Below are positions 27,461 through 64,000 of a stretch of DNA of 64,000 nucleotides, piece after piece (positions within the stretch are counted from its first letter, which is position 1; each line of letters opens with the position of its first letter). Location of the stretch: assembly GCF_036321535.1 (NCBI RefSeq), contig NC_087436.1, forward strand, positions 18,478,001 to 18,542,000, given 5' to 3'. The DNA is from Camelus dromedarius. Taxonomy: Eukaryota. The position numbers were made by a program, and so were the translations under genes. The notes under the pieces were generated by a model. It did not search any database. It saw only the letters and a program-made list of their open reading frames with translations, and had not been told where the DNA came from.

Positions 27461-29303
27461 TCCAAACCATAAAGTAAAGCAAACAAGATCACACAAAAAG
27501 ATACACATATCCACAGAAGGTATAAACGCAAGATACCTTGTGTCCAGTAAGCTGTTTAACCCTTGTTAATGAACTTCCTAGGAGCTCCCCCCATCCACCC
27601 CTGGGCCATTAACCTTCAACTTCTGCACATTGGAAAGTTGACTGAGAGCCCTTTAGTTGGTTTTGCTTCCTTGTTTGACAAATGTGGTTTGTTGACAAGC
27701 TGCCCAGAACATAGTAAAAAAACAACCACAATTAAACCTGCCTGAGTCAGCGGTGGTTTTCCCAATCAGTGAGGTTTTTCTTAGAACCCTAAGAGGATAA
27801 AAAAAAAGAGCATATAAATGAAGGACTCAAACAGACTCACAGGTAATTAAAGATCACAGTTTTGGTTGTGGAAGGCTGTTGTGAATACAGGAGTGATGCC
27901 CTCAATATTTTTAAATAAATCTTTGACTAAGTTTCAAGAAATAAAATCTACATTTGGCATTTGTTTTGCATCCTACTTCAGGGTTCTTCCTGATGGAAAA
28001 CAGGGCTCTTTTGAAAGGCGTGAAAGCTGATGACAATACATACAGTTAACCTTCAGTAAATCTGCATAAACTTGAGCAAATCTAAGTCTCAGGAATGAGG
28101 TGATAGAGGAAAATAGTAATTAAAATGTATTTTTTCAGTTTCTTACAGTGAGCAAATGTCCCAGACTGTGTCAGTTTCATTTTTTTTTTAAAAAAGATCT
28201 ATACTATGTAGTGTCTAAGCTATGATAAACGACAAAGAAATGCAAATAACCTGTGATTTCTCCAACTAGAATAATCACATTGGAACTTGGTGAGACCTAG
28301 CAGCTCACAAAGTTATCTGAAGTATTTCACAAGGGGCAGGAAGCATCTCTTGCACACTTCTAGCAGTGGTCATTGCCCACAGGTTGATACTGTGGATGAT
28401 GAAACAACCCAAGTTGGCTTCTTTTACTCTGTCCTTTCTCCACTTCCTGCCAAGTTTTTCCTCCATCTCAGCCTATATTAACTTGGTAATATGTTCACTT
28501 TAAGCGTCATGTAGTCTAGATGCTTTAGGTGGTCCGGTTATCTCAACAAACCAAACAGACCGAAAAACAAAACAAGACAAAAGAAACTCTGCCCTGGGCG
28601 GGTGGGCAAAGCACATCTTAGAGTACCAGATAATCTGTAAAGTGAAGTAATTCAGCAGAAGCAGGGACTCACAGCGGTGACTAGAATGATGAAGTCTAAG
28701 TGCTTCCCCCACAACAAAAATCTCTGGAGAGAAAGATTGGGAGTTCTCCCTCTGCTTCCTGGAGGGAGATTCCAGAAAATTAAATTTGACTTTTAAAGGA
28801 TATGAGTTGCAGAGACTTCTGATCATATGCTTAAAAAGGTATTAGGAATCTAATTTTTATTTTACTACCCTAGCTAGGTTTTTAAGTGACTCTAGATAAT
28901 GCTAACAATACATAGCTGTAAATATATGTGTACATTATATATAAAATGCCTTTTTATCTAGCATCTCATATGATGGTTATATCATTCTTGTGTCCAAAGT
29001 AGGAAAGGTAGCTTTGTTAAGCCTTTTTACAAATAATCATTCTTTTTTTCCCCTGTAGGTACCCAATTTATTCATAAAATAATAGTTTAAATACTTATTA
29101 TTTTTTTCAGTCAGACTTTTTTTTTTTCCCTCCCTACAAATAATGACTCTTGAGAGGTTCTTGAATGGGCCAGCTTAGACTAGAATGCACTTTGCACTTT
29201 TTTTTTTTTCAGTCCAGTGGTCTTTTTGTGTTTGACTACATCCTACTAGCACTAGTCTTTAGCATTTCAGTTGCATGAGGTGGTGGAAGAAATTTGCACA
29301 TAT

Positions 29304-29742
29304 TGAGGTGTGGAGAATTCATTCTGGCTTACACATGATTTAACTTAAGCTTTATGCTAACTAGAAAAGCCTGTTTTGTGGCCTATTAAACATACATTGT
29401 ACACCTGTTTTCACCATTAAAGAAAAGGATGCATTAACCAGAAGAAAAATGCCCCTTCTGCAGATAAGAGATAAATGTCTCCCTTCCTGGAACATCAATG
29501 CTAGTACTCCTTTGATATAGCTCCCTTTCCAGACACAAAGGCCATACTGACTTTTTAGGTACTTGCTGAAAAAACTTGAAGGGGTGTACCCTAGTCATGT
29601 GCCTTGCTTTGACAAGATACAAAACCTTAAACCATGTTTCCTTGGAACAGTTCCTCAGAGCTATTCCTGAGAACTGTTTGTTCTCGGTTTGGCTCAAAAG
29701 AAACTCTTATCATAGAGTGATTATTGATGATTCCCCTTGATA
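29304..29742 (+). mobile_element. Probable ERV solo LTR about 1 kb upstream of the PRMT9 CpG island
   Basis: Starts TG; LTR-like composition (cagataagagataaatgtctccc, aaaagaaactctt near the 3' end); termini and TSD imperfect. Confidence 0.45.
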
Positions 29743-31192
29743 TATGGAAATCCTGTAAAGTTCAAGTGCAAATTTAGTAGAGAAAGTAGCAGTTGAGAAT
29801 GAGAGGGAAATAAGGACCATAACTGCTTGGGAAAGTCTGTATGTAAAACCTAGGAGTGGGAGGATGTCATTTCCATTAAAATGAAAAAATATGAGTCCTT
29901 ATGTTGAGCCAGACTCTGCTAGGTGCAAAGTTAAAAAGTGGTTAAGGACAGACTCTATCTTTGAGGATCTTTCTGACTAGGAGAGCAGGTCACAATCTAG
30001 TGATCTGGATTTGAAGAACTGGTTAGGGTTTGCATAGGTATATGCTCAGAGGAAGGGTGGGTCAGATAATTTCAACAGAGAAAGCAAAAAGGCATGTAAA
30101 TGATGAACTCTGAGAATGCAAGGAGCCCTAAAGTTAGTGTCTGATATGCAAAATGTTCAATTTTCTGTTTCTTGTTAAGTAAAACAGTCACCAGTAACAT
30201 GTATGAAACCGGTGACACATATGACTTTTTAGCTGTACTTCCTATGCACTCCACAACCCACCCCTTTAAAGTTCCCAATCTATCCCTTAGAGGTTACACT
30301 TGAACGTAGAGAAACTTTTTCTATGCATTCATATAACCACTATACACGTGGTGATACACGGAGCAGTGAAATAAATCCTAAGCTCGTTTTGAAGAAAACT
30401 GAACAGGTGCTCGGGGACTCGGGTTTGAGCCACGCCTACGCCACAAACTGCTGGGTGATCTCGGGCTAGTATCGTCTCAGGATGCCCCTCTTACCGTCTG
30501 TAAGATAAGGAGGATCCAAAAGTCACAGGGTTTTGTGAGGATGACTTAAAATAATGCCAGTGAAAGCATTTCCTCCACCACATCTAGGGGCTTCTGTTCT
30601 CCTCGGGTTCTTTCCACTCTCGCTACTCTGACTTTTGGTGCATCCAGACCCAGAGGCCTTAAGCATCACCATAAACGCCTGACCGCCTCTCCTCATACCC
30701 ACACACGTCCCTCGCGGGCGGGTGCAGCTTTGCGCTGACGGGGTCGGCCGAGCGAGGTCTAGAAGCCGAAGTCACACACTCCTGAAGGCCATGAAGGAGA
30801 TACAGAAAGCTCGCGATTCAGCCGGATAAACAAGCCGGGCGGGAACCAGACAGAGACCATTAGGGTAAGGGCTCCTAGGCGCACGCGCAGTGGCCGCCCC
30901 GCTCCTGCCCTCCCGCGGGAGGGGCGGGCGCGACGTACCCACGTTGGGCGCGCTGACGTCGGAGTAGCGTGCGCCGCCGGCCGGTGGGGGCCGCCGGTAG
31001 GGGTGGGGGCGGGGCTTCTGCCTCGCGGAGGTGGGCACGCTCGCCGCGGCAGAGAGATTACTTCCCTGTACCCGTCCTTGCGCTCCAGTTAGTCTCACGA
31101 AAGTGTAGGCATCCAGGCAGTTGGCTCGTTCCGATTACCGAAGCACCCTCCCTTCGGTGATAGGAGCGCAGGTTTTGGGCGGTGACTCGGCC

Positions 31193-59521
<28,329 letters not shown>

Positions 59522-59669
59522 AGAGCAGTTTTCCAATGAAAAAATGTGGAAATAGAGCAGCAAGTTCACAATTCTTCTAGTCTGAATGAGTCGTGGGATT
59601 GTAATCATAAAATGGAGTTATGAAGATTTAATTCCTTGTAATGGTCGAATGTTTTTTAAAATGGACATT

Positions 59670-59675
59670 AATAAA
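59670..59675 (+). terminator. PRMT9: Probable PRMT9 polyadenylation signal AATAAA
   Basis: First AATAAA, about 150 nt after the stop codon. Confidence 0.65.
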
Positions 59676-59759
59676 GTGTATTTAAAAGATCTGAAATTTA
59701 AAAGTGGCATTATTACAAAAATATTGCTGCAGACTTCCTTTCTGGAAAAGGCTGTCATT

Positions 59760-61603
59760 AATTTTTCAAATTAGGAACCTGTTTTTATTGCTTGGTTTTA
59801 CTTACTACAGATTAAATTTTGCCAAACCTGTGAGTCTACACTCTTAACCTATAAAGATTAGGGATTTTGAATCTCATCGTCATTTTTTAGGCATCTTGGA
59901 TTTTTCTCCCTTAAATCCAAACTTATAGTTGGGATACATCAAAAAGTTGGCTTCACTGAAGACTGAGGGCTATGGTTATCTGTAAATTCCAAGCTTGCTT
60001 CTTTTAAATACTTGAAATACTTCTGAACCACCTTCTCAGTTTTCATGTTTTGGGAATGCAAACTTGAGTAAGAATTGAAGCTGTAGACTAAATCTAAGTA
60101 AAAGAGTATAAGAGGGACAAAGTAAAATCTGAGCGGGTAGCATTTTTCCTGGGCTACTGGCAAAGAAAAATTAAAAAGCTGATAAATTCAAGAAAGAGTT
60201 AAACCTAAACCAGTATTTTTCAAAGTTTTGATCTGGATGCACAGTAAGAAAAAAAAAATTAGTCCAAATTTTAAAGACCTGAAGTAGCAAGATTAATAAG
60301 TAAGATCATCATGCCTTGTATACACTGCGTGCTGTTACGTTAAGTGAACTACACAGGAAGTTAGATGTATCTTCTCTCCAAACTGCCTGTTCTCCTTGCC
60401 TCTAATATTATACTGCCCACCTTTACTGTCGGTAAAATTGTTTAGTTTATAAGAATGGACAGAGTAAAAACTTTGTACCTAATTACCATGAACCAGTATG
60501 CATGTATATACGCATTAGATATATATGTGCTTAAATATACAAAGCAAAGGTTTTGAGAAGTAATACTTATCTTTGCTGTTTGCAACATACTACTCTGGCA
60601 CTTTATTTTCAGTGTAAATGTTAGACCCAATGGGTTATGATTAGCAATTAGGGGAACTCCATCCCAATTAATAAATTTCTCCCCAACAGCACCTACAAGT
60701 CTTCTGACTGTTGTCTGTTGAATTAAGACTATAGTTTACACTTGCTGACAACTTTAATGGCACTGAGGAAAAGCAGACTGGGTTTCTATCTCATGTCTTC
60801 TGTCCATTTTATTATTTTTATCTCAAAGTCACAGATAATCTATTAATCTATTAGCATGGCTGCAAATATGATTTTTTGATAGTAGTTGTTTTAAGATTAA
60901 TAATATTAGGTCTTAGATATTTCTCCTAGTAGGGATGTAAAATACAGTCATCTTTCATTGTAGGTATATAATTTTCAACCCTTTAAATTTTGGGACTTAA
61001 TTTTTTTCTGCTGTCTCTCTCTAATCAAGAACTTTTTGTTAAAAAATTAAGGGTCTACATTTAAAGAATGAGAGACATAAAAAGTTACAGAAAATAAATG
61101 ATAAATTCTAATTTATCGAAAGACATCCAGTTGAGAAACAGAAATAATTGTTAGGAAGCATATATGGCACATGATTATGATTAAGTTCCACTAATTCATA
61201 TTTCTGAATTACACTTCCTGCTTATTCCAGAGCATTATATCCATGCAGCAGTGGTAGGAAGCATTGATTGTTTTTTGGTTTTTTTGTGTTTTTTTTTTTA
61301 TGTCTATCATCTTGCTAAAGCATTGTTAACATCAGTAAAATTTAGTAGTCATTTTCTACCATTTGAGTATGTGATACTCTATGTAGTGTTAAGAAATCAA
61401 GTCTAAGTCTAGGATATTTAGACTGATTATTTGTGATATACAAAACTTAGTTGTATAAATCCAGTAGTTGTACCTGGTCTTCGCCTATCTTTGTGTTGAA
61501 ATTTTCCACCATTAATGGCTTGTCCCAAGCACAAAATCCTGAGCAGTGGGATACCAGGTGACGAAATAACACGGCGGCAGCACAGTCTGCTTTTGCACAC
61601 TGT
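59760..61603 (-). other. TMEM184C: TMEM184C 3' UTR (extent uncertain); candidate minus-strand AATAAA at 60808-60813, 60602-60607 and 59784-59789
   Basis: AT-rich, apparently repeat-poor sequence downstream of the TGA, with tttatt hexamers on the + strand. Confidence 0.5.
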
Positions 61604-62903
<1,300 letters not shown>

Positions 62904-64000
62904 TCAAGCATAAAATGAGCAGGTGTTTTAAAAATATGCCGTTTAAAAAGTTAAACCCAGTACCACCTGTGGGCTGACCACCGCCACCACCACCCTGCCT
63001 TTACCACATACTCCTGAGGACACCAGGTATCCGTAGTCTATGTATGTTTTACAGATTTACTCTTCTGGTACAGTTTCATCACATGAATTTTGATTACGTA
63101 CTCTTAAAACTTACAGTCTGGCTTTTGGCTTACAGTTTTTTTTTATTTTGAAATGCTGCACAAGTAATTAGATTTTAAGTTCTTCCTATACATAGACAAA
63201 TGCCTGACACCTTGTACAATAGCAATTTAAAGTGAAATAAAGGACAAATACTTAAATGTTATCTACACATGTATTAATTGATTATTCAAATTATTTTAAA
63301 AAATATTTTGAAACCAGTCTTGTTTGATGTCAAGACAGGGAGTCCACACTGAGCATTTCAAGCAAACCTAGGGATCTGCCCTAGGTTAAATTTAAACAGA
63401 CAATAATGAGGTAGTAGACAAGGTTTCACAGATCTGTATACAAGAATATTCACTCCAATATTGCTTGTAACAGTAAAAAAAAAAAAAAAAAAAAAAAAAA
63501 TTAGGAACAACCTAAACGTCAACAGGAGATTGACATTAGAAAGTGATATCCACACATCAGAATACTTTGCGGAAATAAAAAAAATCCAAGCAATAACAAA
63601 ATATCCTGTTACAAAGACCTGTACCTACAATACACTAACACATCACTGAGTTCTACAAGTTCTTATAGTATGAACTATTTCTTTGGAGTTTTATATATGA
63701 CGTGCACCACAATGTCAATCACTTTTTTCTGGGTGGTGGGATTTCAAAGATTTTTCTTTTCCTCCTCTTTGTATTATTTGTGTATTATTAAATTTGGTGT
63801 ATTTGTTTCTAGGCCCCTATCACCCACTCCTTTACTAAACTGGGACCATGTATAGTTTTGTTTTTTGTTTTAAAAAATATTTTTACTGATGAACATTGCC
63901 TCACATCATTAAATATTCTACATTATGTTTATCTCTAAACTGTAGAGTTTTCTCTTATATGAAAAGACCACAACTTATTTTAATGATTTTCTTAGTGTTG

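Noticed and set aside
31121..31192. In-frame TTG/GTG upstream of the PRMT9 ATG, a possible non-AUG extension
   Set aside because: Weak start context and a short GC-rich stretch where stop-free frames are expected. The ATG at 31193 matches the known N-terminus.

Overview
Mammalian genomic DNA, very likely a camelid: two tRNA-derived SINEs resemble the vic-1 family and the L1 3' ends are of artiodactyl type. The species call is an inference. The window holds (1) about 30 kb of repeat-rich intergenic DNA containing a full-length, decayed GHITM processed pseudogene nested inside a Charlie1-type hAT transposon; (2) the complete 12-exon PRMT9 gene on the + strand, with a CpG-island promoter, a 2541-nt spliced CDS (846 aa) and all introns GT-AG and phase-consistent; and (3) the last three coding exons and 3' UTR of TMEM184C on the - strand, tail-to-tail with PRMT9. 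I found no convincing novel biological system. The most notable observations are evolutionary or regulatory: the nested retrocopy and its possible distal-poly(A) origin, an L1 with a short 3' transduction tag, an intact solo LTR in PRMT9 intron 1, a telomere-like insertion in an L2, and closely spaced convergent poly(A) signals. Gene and repeat-family names come from recall of known sequences, not database searches.
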